Source of the DNA: Mobula hypostoma
Lineage: Eukaryota
Reading direction: 5' to 3'
Length of the DNA: 64,000 nt
Assembly: GCF_963921235.1 (NCBI RefSeq)
Contig: NC_086097.1
Coordinates: 55,678,001 to 55,742,000, forward strand
Of this stretch, positions 1 to 11,965 are shown one piece after another. Every line of letters starts with the position of its first letter. Within the stretch, counting starts at the first letter, position 1. The position numbers and the translations under genes were made by a program. Below the pieces are notes generated by a model that saw only the letters and a list, made by a program, of their open reading frames with translations, did not search any database and was not told the DNA's origin.

Positions 1-1932
1 ACAAGAGAAATTAGGGATAGTATCAATTCCAAAGAAGTAGCATACAAATTAGCCAGAGAAAGTGGCTCACCTGAGGACTGGGAGAAATTCAGAGTTCAGC
101 AGAGGAGGACAAAGGGCTTAATTAGGAAGGGGAAAAAAGATTATGAGAGAAAACTGGCAGAGAACATAAAAACGGACTGTAAAAGCTTTTATAGATATGT
201 AAAAAGGAAAAGACTGATAAAGACAAATGTAGGTCCCCTGCAAACAGAAACAGGTGAATTGATTATGGGGAGCAAGGACATGGCAGACCAATTGAATAAT
301 TACTTTGGTTCTGTCTTCACTAAGGAGGACATAAATAATCTTCCAGAAATAGTAAGGGACAGAGGGTCCAGTGAGATGGAGGAACTGAGCGAAATACATG
401 TTAGTAGGGAAGTGGTGTTAGGTAAATTGAAGGGATTGAAGGCAGATAAATCCCCAGGGCCAGATGGTCTGCATCCCAGAGTGCTTAAGGAAGTGGCCCA
501 AGAAATAGTGGATGCATTAGTGATAATTTTTCAAAACTCGTTAGATTCTGGACTAGTTCCTGAGGATTGGAGGGTGGCTAATGTAACCCCACTTTTTAAA
601 AAAGGAGGGAGAGAGAAACCGGGGAATTATAGGCCGGTTAGCCTAACGTCGGTGGTGGGGAAACTGCTAGAGTCAGTTATCAAGGATGTGATAACAGCAC
701 ATTTGGAAAGCGGTGAAATGATCGGACAAAGTCAGCATGGATTTGTGAAAGGAAAATCATGTCTGACGAATCTCATAGAATTTTTTGAGGATGTAACTAG
801 TAGAGTGGATAGGGGAGAACCAGTGGATGTGGTATATTTGGATTTTCAAAAGGCTTTTGACAAGGTCCCACACAGGAGATTAGTGTGCAAACTTAAAGCA
901 CACGGTATTGGGGGTAAGGTATTGGTGTGGGTGGAGAATTGGTTAGCAGACAGGAAGCAAAGAGTGGGAATAAACGGGACCTTTTCAGAATGGCAGGCGG
1001 TGACTAGTGGGGTACCGCAAGGCTCAGTGCTGGGACCCCAGTTGTTTACAATATATATTAATGACTTGGATGAGGGAATTAAATGCAGCATCTCCAAGTT
1101 TGCGGATGACACGAAGCTGGGTGGCAGTGTTAGCAGTGAGGAGGATGCTAAGAGGATGCAGGGTGACTTGGATAGGTTGGGTGAGTGGGCAAACTCATGG
1201 CAGATGCAATTTAATGTGGATAAATGTGAAGTTATCCACTTTGGTGGCAAAAATAGGAAAACAGATTATTATCTGAATGGTGGCCGATTAGGAAAAGGGG
1301 AGGTGCAACGAGACCTGGGTGTCATTATACACCAGTCATTGAAAGTGGGCATGCAGGTACAGCAGGCGGTGAAAAAGGCGAACGGTATGCTGGCATTTAT
1401 AGCGAGAGGATTCGAGTACAGGAGCAGGGAGGTACTACTGCAGTTGTACAAGGCCTTGGTGAGACCACACCTGGAGTATTGTGTGCAGTTTTGGTCCCCT
1501 AATCTGAGGAAAGACATCTTTGCCATAGAGGGAGTACAAAGAAGGTTCACCAGATTGATTCCTGGGATGGCAGGTCTTTCATATGAAGAAAGACTGGATG
1601 AACTGGGCTTGTACTCGTTGGAATTTAGAAGATTGAGGGGGGATCTGATTGAAACGTATAAGATCCTAAAGGGATTGGACAGGCTAGATGCAGGAAGATT
1701 GTTCCCGATGTTGGGGAGGTCTAGAACGAGGGGTCACAGTTTGAGGATAGAGGGGAAGCCTTTTAGGACCGAGGTTAGGAAAAACTTCTTCACACAGAGA
1801 GTGGTGAATCTGTGGAATTCTCTGCCACAGCAAACTGTTGAGGCCAGTTCATTAGCTATGTTTAAAAGGAAGTTAGATATGGCCCTTGTGGCTACAGGGG
1901 TCAGGGGGTATGGAGGGAAGGCTGGGTTCTGA
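1..1932 (+). CDS. CR1 LINE ORF2 reverse transcriptase (5' part lies upstream of the window; frame open from base 1)
   Basis: Frame 1 has no stop from 1 (TREIRDSINSKE...) to TGA at 1930-1932. It carries the RT motifs [37 protein letters not shown] and KFADDTK, and the CR1 C-terminal motifs LVRPHLEY and FFTQRVVNLWN. Confidence 0.96.
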   Translation, partial: TREIRDSINSKEVAYKLARESGSPEDWEKFRVQQRRTKGLIRKGKKDYERKLAENIKTDCKSFYRYVKRKRLIKTNVGPLQTETGELIMGSKDMADQLNNYFGSVFTKEDINNLPEIVRDRGSSEMEELSEIHVSREVVLGKLKGLKADKSPGPDGLHPRVLKEVAQEIVDALVIIFQNSLDSGLVPEDWRVANVTPLFKKGGREKPGNYRPVSLTSVVGKLLESVIKDVITAHLESGEMIGQSQHGFVKGKSCLTNLIEFFEDVTSRVDRGEPVDVVYLDFQKAFDKVPHRRLVCKLKAHGIGGKVLVWVENWLADRKQRVGINGTFSEWQAVTSGVPQGSVLGPQLFTIYINDLDEGIKCSISKFADDTKLGGSVSSEEDAKRMQGDLDRLGEWANSWQMQFNVDKCEVIHFGGKNRKTDYYLNGGRLGKGEVQRDLGVIIHQSLKVGMQVQQAVKKANGMLAFIARGFEYRSREVLLQLYKALVRPHLEYCVQFWSPNLRKDIFAIEGVQRRFTRLIPGMAGLSYEERLDELGLYSLEFRRLRGDLIETYKILKGLDRLDAGRLFPMLGRSRTRGHSLRIEGKPFRTEVRKNFFTQRVVNLWNSLPQQTVEASSLAMFKRKLDMALVATGVRGYGGKAGF

Positions 1933-2030
1933 GTTGGATGATCAGCCATGATCATAATAAATGGCGGTGCAGGCTCGAAGGGCCGAATGGCCTACTCCTG
2001 CACCTATTTTCTATGTTTCTATGTTTCTAT
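1..2030 (+). mobile_element. Young CR1 LINE, subfamily A (3' end complete)
   Basis: Intact ORF, 3'UTR hairpin GGTGCAGG...CCTGCACC (about 1966-2004) and (TTTCTATG)n tail ending at 2030. Confidence 0.96.
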
Positions 2031-2182
2031 AATTATGTGGCTTTTGTCAGTTTTTTTTTAGTCTTGGTTTGTCTTGTGTTTCTGTGATATCATTCTGGAG
2101 GAATAAATTACATCAGTTCTTAATGCATACATTACTAAATGACAATAAAGGAGGACTGCATGTCCTCATAATCTAATCTAAT
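2031..2182 (+). mobile_element. 3' end of a non-autonomous retroposon interrupted by the CR1 at 1-2030
   Basis: Reverse-complement match to about 31845-31990; ends in (AATCT)n. Confidence 0.75.
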
Positions 2183-2189
2183 ATGATCA

Positions 2190-2436
2190 ACAGAGTCGAG
2201 GCTTTGGGCCTGCTCTGGATGCTCCATGGACTTGGATCTATGGACTCAATTTGGTTCCGAATGCTGTTACTTGCTTCTAGTGTTTGTGCTTTTTTTTCTT
2301 TTTCTCTGTGCATTGGGGGTTAGTCTTTTTTTAAATTTGGTTCCTTCCGATTTCTTGCTTTGTGGCTGCCTGTAAGCAGACAAACCTCAAGGTTGTATAA
2401 TTTATAAATACTTTGATAATAAATGTAATTGAATTC
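2190..2436 (+). repeat. 3' end of a LINE-derived retroposon (Rex1/Babar-like tail)
   Basis: Ends CTCAAGGTTGTAT...TACTTTGATAATAAATGTAATTGAA, similar to the Rex1/Babar 3' end at about 46440-46500. Confidence 0.55.
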
Positions 2437-2439
2437 TTT

Positions 2440-4672
2440 AAAGGGATCCTTTTTGGATTGGCTGCTGGTGACTAGTGGTGTACTACATGAGTGTGCTACG
2501 ACTGCTTCTTTTTACATTGTATGTCAATGCTTTGGATGATGAAGTTGATGGCTTTGTGGCCAAATTTGTGGACGATACAAGGATAGGCAGAGGGCCAGGT
2601 AGTGTTGAGGAGGTCGAGAGACTGCAGATGGATTTAGACAGATTAGAGAATGGACAAAGTAGTGGCAGATGGAATACAGTGTTGGGAAGTATACGGTCGT
2701 GCACTTTGGTAGAAGGAAGAAAAACATAGACTATTTTCTAAACAGAGAGAAAATTCAAAACTTTGAGGTGCAAAGGGACTTGGGAGTTCCCTAAACGTTA
2801 GTTTGCAGGTTGAATTGGTGGTGAGGATGGCAAATGCAATGTTAGTATTCATTTCAAGAAGACCAGAATATAAAAGTAAGGATGTAATGCTGAGGCTGTA
2901 TAAGGCACTGGTGAGGCCTCACTTGGAGTATTGCGAGCAGTTTGGGGCCCCTTGTTTGAGAAAGAATGTGCTGACGTTGGAGAGGGTTCAGAAGAAGTTT
3001 ATGAGAATGGTTCCAGGAATGTAAGGGTTATCATATAAGCAGAGATTGAAGGCTTTGTGCCCATACTCACTGGAATTTAGAAGAAGGAGGGGAGATCTCA
3101 CTGAAACCTATCAATGATGAAAGTCCTACATAGAGTGGATGTGCAGAGGATGTCTTCTTTGGCGGGGTGGGGGGGGGGAGGCGGGGATGGTGGTGTCTAG
3201 GAGTGGAAGGCATAGCTTCAGAATAGGTGGACATCTATTTAGATCAGGGATGAGGAGGTATTTCTTTAGCCACAGGCTGGTGAATCGGTGGAATTGGCCT
3301 GCTGTGGAGGCCAGGTCACCAGGTGCATTTAAGGCAGCAGTTGGTAGGTTCTTGATTAGTCAGGGCATGAAAGGTTATGGAGAGAAGGCAGGAAAATAGG
3401 TTTGAGAAGGAAATGGATCAGCCATGATGAAAAACACATTGATGAAGGAAGAGCAGTAGATGTAGTGTATATGGATTTCAGCAAGGCATTTGATAAAGTA
3501 CCCCGTTCAAGGCTTATTGAGAAAGTAAGGTGGCATGGGATCCAAGAGGACATTGCTTTGTAGATCCAAAACTGGCTTGCCCACAGTAGACAAAGAGTGG
3601 TTGTAGACTGGTCATATTCTGTATGGAGGTTGGTGACCAGTGGTGTGCCTCAGGGATCTGTTCTGGGACCCTTACCCTTCGTGATTTTTATAAATGACCT
3701 GGATGAGGAAGTGGAGGGATGGGTTAGTAAGTTTGCTGATGACACAAAGGTTGGGGGTGTTGTGGATAGTGTGGAGGGCTATCAGAGGTGGCAGAACTGG
3801 GCTGAGAAGTGGCAGATGAAGTCCAACCCAGATAAGTGTGAAGTGGTTCATTTGGTAGGTCAAATATGATGGCAGAATATAGTATTAATGGTAGTGTGGA
3901 GGATCAGTGGAATCTTGGTGTCCGAGTCCATAGGATGCTCAAAGCAGCTGCACAGGTTGACTCTGTGGTTAAGAAGACATACGGTGTAGTGGCCATCATC
4001 AATCGTGGAATTGAATTTAGGAGCCAAGAGGTAATGTTGCAGCTATATAGGATCCTGGTCAGACCCCACTTGGAGTACTGTGCTCAGTTCTGGTCGCCTT
4101 ACTACAGGAAGGACGTGGAAACCATAGAAAGGGTGCAGAGGAGATTTACAAGGATGTTGCCTGGATTGGGGAGCATGCCTTATGAAGACAGGTTGAGTGA
4201 ACTTGGCCCTTTCTCCTTGGAGCGATGGAGGATGAGAGGTGACCTGACAGAGGTGTATAAGATGATGAGAGGCATTGATTGTGTGGATAGTCACAGGCTT
4301 TTTCCCAGGGCTGAAATGGTTGCCACAAGAGGGCACAGGTTTAAGGTGCTGGGGAGTAGGTACAGAGGAGATGTCAGGGGTAAGTTTTTTACACAGAGAG
4401 TGGTGAGTGTGTGGAATGGGCTTCCGGCAACGGTGGTGGAGGTGGATACGATAGGGTCTTTTAAAAGGCTTTTGGATAGGTACATGGAGCTTAGAAAAAT
4501 AGAGGGGTATGGGTAACCCTAGTAACTTTCTAATGTAGGGACATGTTTGGCACAACTTTGTGGGCCGAAGGGCCTTTATTGTGCTGCTGGTTTTCTATGT
4601 TTCTATGAAATGGCAGAGCAGACTCAATGGGCCAAAAGCCCTAATTCTGCTCCTGTATTATGGTCTTATGGT
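2440..4672 (+). mobile_element. Degenerate CR1 LINE, subfamily B, split by a nested CR1
   Basis: RT fragments ([14 protein letters not shown]). The 3'UTR GATCAGCCATGATGAAA|TGGCAGAGCAG resumes at about 4608 and ends in a TGGTCTTATGG tail; the uninterrupted version is at 9644-9725. Confidence 0.88.
3433..4607 (+). mobile_element. 5'-truncated CR1 LINE, subfamily C, nested in the subfamily B 3'UTR
   Basis: RT motifs [21 protein letters not shown] and KFADDTK; TTCTATG tail; ATGAAA duplicated at 3427-3432 and 4605-4610. Confidence 0.92.
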
Positions 4673-5129
4673 GTGATAGCTAGAAAGATTGGAGTTTCCA
4701 TGTGGATATGTAAGTGATTCCTCAGAGGTACTGTACTTTAGTTGGGTGTCAGTTTCTTTCAACTTCACAGTTTTGGCACAGGTTTAGAAACTCCATTCAT
4801 CTCAATTCAGAGGGCTGCAAGGGAAGAAAGGATTCAGGTTATTTATGAACTTACAAGGTAGTGGATTTGAGAAGTATATGCAATTATATAGTGCATTTGC
4901 AACTTCAATCTTTCCCTCATCATCTGTAATATGAAGTTAGCTTTTCTTCCATTGCACATTGTGGAGATCTGACTGATATCTAGAAATAATACAAGGAAAC
5001 AGTCTTCATCAGCAAAGGAACATATTAGGATATAATAGGAAAATATTCAAATACTTAAATACTGTATATGAATCAGCCTTAGCATAAAAAGTAAGACATT
5101 TCACAAGAAAACAAAATAAATGAAAGGTG

Positions 5130-5285
5130 TAATACACACAAAATGCTGGAGGAAATCAGCAGGCCAGGCAGCATCTATGGAAGAGAACAAATAGTTGATG
5201 TTTCCAGCTGAAACCCTTCATCAGGACTATCGATAATTCAGGCTGAGACTCTTGATCAGGAATGTCGATCCTTCATCAGGACTTG
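5130..5285 (-). mobile_element. Penelope-like terminal (pLTR) fragment with tandem degenerate hammerhead motifs
   Basis: Matches the PLE end seen at 11161-11260 and 25597-25759; three CTGATSA-containing units on the minus strand. Confidence 0.75.
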
Positions 5286-6479
5286 AGAGTCTAAGCTAAA
5301 AGTGTATGTGTCTGAAAATGTCCCAGTTAATAGGTTATGAAAATGATTGTGATTAGTATTATTGCATGTAGCAGGCATTTCAGCTTTGTCAGCAGTTGCC
5401 GTAGAAAGATGTGGTTTATGTTTTCTCATCATCTCTTTTGCATGTAAAATTTTTTATAAGATACTATTAGCCAAATTCTTCATTCTGCATCTTTGACATT
5501 AATGCTATTCATAATGTCGACCTAGATATCTATTATATCAATGTGAAGAGCTGCCTTTGCTGTGAAACTAACCTGTCCAGCTGAATTTAGGTATAAATGG
5601 AACTAAGTTTTACATTCCTTTGAAAATATGGTAGAGTTATGATTGGTGAGAGTTTTCTTATTCGAGGTGAAGTGATGCATTAGAAAATGAGACTGGGGAC
5701 CTACAGATGACGGCAATATTTGTTGCTTAAAATGCAATTAACTGAATGTAGCCTTATTACTCATTCTGTTTGCCCCTTTCTATCAGGATGACTGATGGAA
5801 GTAAAATGAAGAAACCTGTTAGTGCAGTGATCAAACCCTTCGCTTTGCAGGTACACTTATCCCAGCATTCCGCAGCCTTGAAAATTGGCTCCTAGAAACA
5901 ATTCACGTTTAGGTTTCCTGATGGGAACTGTAAGATTGGAGCTAAGATTAGATTTCAAAGATTTCTTTCGGGTAAGTGTTTTTTTTGTTATAAACCAATT
6001 TCAGGTTATGAATTCCCAGTTAACTACCTCCCCACCTTCACCACAATCACTTCTGAGTGGAATAGTTGATGCTCAAATATAGCTGGCAGTGCCTATCAAG
6101 TGGACTGCTTTCCAGAACAGTGAATTTGGGAGCAGTGTCTGCAGACCCTCATCACAACCTTCTGTTCCCATTATTCCTAACCACTTCTCATTTGTGTACT
6201 GGAAAAATTAATATGCTAGACTCCAAAGCAATATTTGTCTGTTATTTGGTTAATCAACTAAATAAAATACATTTTGATGATGAGTTCTGAATTGGGTTTT
6301 ATATATAGATGCAGCAGGGGGCACCATAATTAAATAAATGTATTAGAGTCTGCAGTTAGGTGTAATACAGCCAATCATAAGCGGAAATATGAATCATTCT
6401 ATGTACAATCTCATTGCTGAATGAAATATGTTTAAGAGGTACCCTCAATTATCTAGCACCTCTGTTGAATGGCATAAAA

Positions 6480-6660
6480 ACACAGGTACTGGAAATTGGA
6501 AATACAAACAGAAAATGCTGGAAACACAACAGTCAAATGTGAAAAGAGAAGTACAATTAATGTTTCAGGTTAAATGATCTAGACCTAGAATGTTTACTCC
6601 TTTTCTCTTTTCAGAGGTGCTACCTGACTTCCTAAGAATTTTCAGCATTTTCCCTTTGTG
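6480..6660. mobile_element. Old inverted pair of PLE termini
   Basis: AAACAGAAAATGCTGGAAACAC... faces ...CCTGACTTCCTAAGAATTTTCAGCATTTTC; both resemble the PLE end. Confidence 0.55.
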
Positions 6661-7099
6661 TACGTGAAGCTTGGCATCAGAGTATACTGTACCTTTGGAA
6701 TCTTATTTAAATGAAGTATGAGTTTAGTACAAATCATTTTTTGCAATATTCCAAATTAAAATACTTTAAATTAACGTGCCTTTGAAAATTCGTTGAATGG
6801 TCATTGTTTCGGTTATAAACTCCATAGTGACAGTCTTTGAGAGGGGATGAAGTGTGAATTTCCCTGGCATTTTATGGACACTGACTCTTTGAGGTCTCTC
6901 CACCTTCAAAAACCCTGGTATGATCTCCCTCTAGAGACAAGTGCAGTTACTGCAGATTTTAATTATATTTTTGGTTTCTAAAACCAGAAATGTTCTTTCC
7001 GTGTTGCAATATTGTTAAGTTCATCAGATCAAACCCCCACTGATGTCTTTCACGTCGCCTTCCTGATGGTACTGCCATGTCCTCAAACGCTTGATTCTA

Positions 7100-7159
7100 C
7101 AGTACTGTGCAAAAGTCTTAGGCACATATCTAGGATGCCTAAGGTTTTACACAGTACAG
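7100..7159. mobile_element. 60-bp TIR-only Tc1/mariner MITE
   Basis: TA-CAGTACTGTGCAAAAGTCTTAGGCAC ... ATGCCTAAGGTTTTACACAGTACAG imperfect inverted repeat. Confidence 0.7.
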
Positions 7160-7414
7160 GAACACCCTCGGTTATTCTGTTATTGTAATTTTAGCATCTG
7201 TCTGCACTACTTCAGATTGCACTACAATCTTTGCACCATTCTGCTGTTTGCACTTGTTGCTGTATTTATTATTGTATTAATTATTACCATGTGTACTGTC
7301 TACTCCATGAGCTTCTTCTGAAGCAATTCTTAAATTGCACCCAGGTGTAAGTGACAATAAATCTAACTGGTCTGGGATTCCCTATTTAAGTCATGTTAAT
7401 GTTGATGGGCAAAG

Positions 7415-8266
7415 GCCTTAGTCAAAAGTATACCTTCAAGGGTAAAAAGACCCTGATGGGGGTTGTATACAGACCTAGTAAGGATGTGGTCTACAAATTA
7501 CAACAGGAGATAGAAAATGCATGTCAAAAGGGACAATAATCATAGGGGATTTCAATATGCAGGTAAATAGGGAAAGTCAGGTTGGTGCGGGATGCCATAA
7601 GGGGGGATTTTCTAGAGTGCCATCAAGATGGCGTTTTAGAGCAGCACATGATTGAGCCCAGTAGGGCAGTGGTCCCCAACCTCCGGGCCGTGGACCAGTA
7701 CTGGTCTGCGAAGCATGCAAGGGTGCAGTGATAGCCGGGATGCACCCATCACATCTTTAAGAAAAAAGCCGAAATAAACATGCTAATCAATGAGGTGCGC
7801 ACATGGCAATCACCTTTGATCTGGGCCGACATTTACGTGCCGGGCGGCACCTAATTAATTAGCTTGTTTATTTCGACTTTTTTCTAAAGATGTGCTGGGT
7901 CGTTCTGGCTACCGCTGCACCACTGCATTCTTCACTGCCCAGTATCGGTCTGCGGCCCAGAGGTTGGGGACCACTGCAGTAGGGGATCAGCTTGTCTGGA
8001 GTGAGTGCTGTGCAATGAACTAGAATTGATTGGAGAGCTTAAGGTAAAAGAACTGTTAGGGGAAAGGGATAATAATATGGTTGAATTCACCCTGACATTT
8101 GAGAAGGAGAAGCTAAAGTCAGATGTGTCAGTACTACAGTGGAGTAAAGGGAATTACAGAGGCACGAGAGAGGAGTTGGCCAAAATTGATTAGAAAAGAA
8201 CACTGGCAGGGATGATGGAAGAGCAGCAATAGTTGGAATTTCTGGAAACAATTCAGAATGCACAGG

Positions 8267-8298
<32 letters not shown>

Positions 8299-9725
8299 CG
8301 AAGAAGAGGAAGTATTCTAAAGGCAAGATGACATAGGCGTGGCTAACAAGAGAAGTCAAAGCCAACATAAGAACCAAAGCAGGCATGTAAAAGAGAAAAG
8401 AGCAAAATTTTTGGGAAGTTAGAGGATTGAGAAGCTTTTACAAACCAACAGAAGGCAACTAAGAAGGTCATTAAGAAGATAAAGATGAAATACAAAAGTA
8501 AGCTAGCCAATAATATTACAGAGGATACCAAAAGTTTCCTTGGATAAATAAAATGTAAAAGAGAGATGAGGGTGGATTTTGGACTACCGGAAAATGACGC
8601 TGGAGCAGTAGTAATGGGAGACAAGGAAATGGCAGATGACTGAATTTTGTGTTGTCTTCACTGTGGAAGACACTAACAGAATGGTGGACGTTCCAGGTGT
8701 TAAGGGTCATGAAGTGTGTGAAGTTACTATTACTAGGGAGAAGGTTCTTGGGAAACTGAAAGGTCTGAAGATGGATAAGTCACCTGGACCAGATGGTGTA
8801 CACCCCAGGGTTCTGAAAGGGATAGCTGAAGAGATTGTGGAGGCATTAGTAATGATCTTTCAAGAATCACTACTAGATTCTGGAAGACTGTAAAATTGTA
8901 AATGTTACTCCACTCTTCAAGAAAGGAGAGAGGCCGAAGAAAGGAAATTTTAGGCCAGTTGGTCTGACCTCCGTGGTTGGGAAGACGTTGGAGTCGATTG
9001 TTAAGGATGCGGTTTCAGGGTATTTGGAGGCACATGGTAAGCAGGACATAGTCAGCATGACAGCTCTTGGTTTCCTCAAGAGAAAATCTTGCCTGACAAA
9101 TCTGTTGGAATTCTTTGAAGAAGTAACAAGCAGGATAGACAAAGGTGAATTGGTTGGTGACTTAGACAGATTAGGGGAACTGTGAGCAGTTTTGGGCCCT
9201 TTATCTTCGAAAGGATGTAATGACACTGGAGAGGGTTCAAGGGGAGGTTCTCAAAAGCGATTCTAGGATGAAACAGCTTGTCATATGAAGAGTGTTTAAT
9301 GGCTCTGGGCCTGTATTCACTAGAATTCAGAAAGGTGAGGGGGGACCTCATTGAAACCACTCTATGCCTTGATAGAGTGGATGTGGAGAGGATGTTTCCT
9401 ACGGTGGGAAAGTCTAAGACCAGAGGACTTTGCCTCAGAATAGTGGGGCATTCTTTTAGAATGGAGATGAGGAAGAATTTCTTAAGCCAGAGAATGGTGA
9501 ATCTGTGGAATTAGTTGCCACAGGTGGCTGTGGAGGCCAAGTCATTGGGTATATTTAAGGCAGAGGTTGATAGATTCTTGATTAGTCAGGGCATGAAGGG
9601 ATATGAACGGAAGGCAAGAGATTGGGGCTGAGAAGAAAAAACGATCAGCCATGATGAAATAGTGGAGCAGTCTCGATGGGCCAAATGGCCTAATTCTGCT
9701 ACTATATCTTTTGGTCTTATGGTCT
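7415..9725 (+). mobile_element. Degenerate CR1 LINE (endonuclease through RT, internal deletions), subfamily B
   Basis: APE motifs (MGVVYRP, IGDFN, DNNMVEF), KSPGPDG, SCLTNLLEFFE, and 3'UTR with TGGTCTTATGGTCT tail. Confidence 0.9.
7667..7976. mobile_element. hAT-superfamily MITE (310 bp, largely palindromic)
   Basis: TIR CAGTGGTCCCCAACCTC / GAGGTTGGGGACCACTG; perfect 8-bp TSD CAGTAGGG at 7659-7666 and 7977-7984. Confidence 0.93.
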
Positions 9726-10024
9726 CATGATCAACCCAACCACCCCTATTCCAGGAAGTGCAGGATGTATTAGAACAAACAATACTCAAAAGCCAGGAAT
9801 TTCCTTCTTCCACTCACCAACTGCCACTCCAAGGGTGTTAATATTTCAGTTTGATGACATTGCAATGCAGCTTAGGAGTTCTGACAGAAGTTTATTGCAA
9901 TGAAGCAGTTACATTATTTATACAAATTACATTGTTTCTCTCCCATTGGTCTGCTGTGTGTTTCTTTTCATTTCAGATTTACAACGTACACATCATAATA
10001 TTTTCGAAATATAAGAAATGCTGC

Positions 10025-10700
10025 AGTCAACCATATGCAGGATTCCCTAAAGGTTAATTTGCAGGTTGAGCTGGTGGTGAGGAAGGCAAATGCAATGTTT
10101 GCATTTATTTTGAGAGGACTAGAATATAAAAGCAAGGATGTAATACTGAGGATTTATAAGGCACTGGCCAGACCTCATTTTGAGTATTGTTAGCAGTTTT
10201 GAATTTATCTAAGAAAGGGGAAACTGGCATTGAAGAGGATCCAGAGGATGTTGATGAGAATGGTCCCGAAAAGGAAGGGATTAATGTAGGAGAAGCATTT
10301 GATGGCTCTAGGCCTGTACTCACTGGAGTTTAGAAGAATGTCGGGGCATTTCATTAAAACATCGAATATTGAAAGGCTTAGATTGAGTGGATGTGGAGAA
10401 GATGCTTCCTATAATGGGGGCATGTAGGACCAGGATGTCCCCTTAGAACAGACATGAGGAAGAATTTCTTTAGACAGAGGTTGGTGAATCTGTGGACTCC
10501 ATTGCCAAGGATAGCAGTGGAAGCCAAGTCATTGGGTGTATTTAAAGCGGAGGTTGATAAGTACTTGGTTGGTAAGAGAATCAAAAGTAATGGGGAAAAG
10601 GGAGGAGAGTGGAGTTGTGAGGGACAATAAATCAACCGTGACAGAACGATGGAGCAAACTGAATGGGCCAAAGGACCTAAATCTGTCCCTATGTCTTATG
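10025..10700 (+). mobile_element. Degenerate CR1 3' fragment
   Basis: Homologous to the 3' ends of the other subfamily B copies (GCAGGTTGAG...AGGAAGAATTTCTTTAG...). Confidence 0.85.
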
Positions 10701-11222
10701 CCTCCTCAATACTGTACTGTAATAATAGAAATGTTTTATTAGTATTGATTGGAAAATGAATTGACAAATATTATCCATTGTCCTCAGATTGGTGTCATGG
10801 GATTTTACAGATTTAACTAAGGCAGCTTCAAGGCCTCTGGTTGAACAGTGCTCTTGTCAGGAACAGGCCAGTCTTCCTTTGGTTGAAATTCATTCTCTGA
10901 TCTATCAGTGTTTCAATACTCCCCATACTTGAGAAATAACTTTTTTCCAATGGTAATTACCTAGGGTACAGATTCAGAAGATGACTTGTTTATTAATTTC
11001 ACCTCTATCTTTGCACTGCATAAAGGCTAAGATGTACTATTCTGAACAAGTTTTGCTCATTTGTCTTTAAGCTCTCTTTGGCCTGAAGTCAATTTTCATC
11101 TGATTATGCTTGTGTGGAGTGCCTGGGGAAGTCTTGTTAAAGATGCTAGGCATCTTCTTGCAACACACATAAAAGTTGCTGGTGAACGCAGCAGGCCAGG
11201 CAGCATCTCTAGGAAGAGGCGC

Positions 11223-11258
11223 AGTCGACATTTCAGGCCGAGACCCTTCGTCAGGACT
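11223..11258 (-). ncRNA. Minimal type I hammerhead ribozyme motif in PLE terminus
   Basis: Minus strand reads AGTC-CTGACGA-AGGGTCTCGGCCT-GAAA-TGTC-GACT. Confidence 0.75.
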
Positions 11259-11551
11259 AACTGAAGGAAGAGTGAGTAAGGGATTTGAAAGTTGGAGGGG
11301 GAGGGGGAGATCCAAAATGATAGGAGAAGACAGGAGGGGGAGGGATGGAGCCAAGAACTGGACAGGTGATAGGCAAAAGGGATATGAGAGGATCATGGGA
11401 CAGGAGGTCCGGGAAGAAAGACAAGGGGGGGGGGACCCAGAGGATGGGCAAGGGGTATATTCAGAGGGACAGAGGGAGAAAAAGGAGAGTGAGAGAAAGA
11501 ATGTGTGCATAAAAATAAGTAACAGATGGGGTACGAGGGTGAGGTGGGGCA

Positions 11552-11965
11552 TTAGCGGAAGTTAGAGAAGTCGATGTTCATGCCATCAGGTTGGAGGCTA
11601 CCCAGACGGAATATAAGGTGTTGTTCCTCCAACCTGAGTGTGGTCTCATCTTTACAGTAGAGGAGGCCGTGGATAGACATGTCAGAATGGGAATGGGATG
11701 TGGAATTAAAATGTGTGGCCACTGGGAGATCCTGCTTTCTCTGGCGGACACAGCGTAGATGTTCAGCAAAGCGGTCTCCCAGTCTGCGTCGGGTCTCGCC
11801 AATATATAAAAGGCCACATCGGGAGCACCGGACGCAGTATATCACCCCAGCCGACTCACAGGTGAAGTGTTGCCTCACCTGGAAGGACTGTTTGGGGCCC
11901 TGAATGGTGGTGAGGGAGGAAGTGTAAGGGCATGTGTAGCACTTGTTCCGCTTACAAGGATAAGT
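11552..11965 (-). pseudogene. PLE C-terminal Cys-rich linker plus GIY-YIG endonuclease (5'-truncated)
   Basis: Open frame TYPCKRNKCYTCPY...FTCESAGVIYCVRCSRCGLLYIGETRRRLGDRFAEH...LEEQHLIFRLGSLQPDGMN. The Cys-rich linker is typical of Neptune-clade PLEs. Confidence 0.92.

Noticed and set aside
846..1955. Minus-strand ORFs opposite the CR1 RT (and equivalents elsewhere)
   Set aside because: Antisense shadows of the RT frame.
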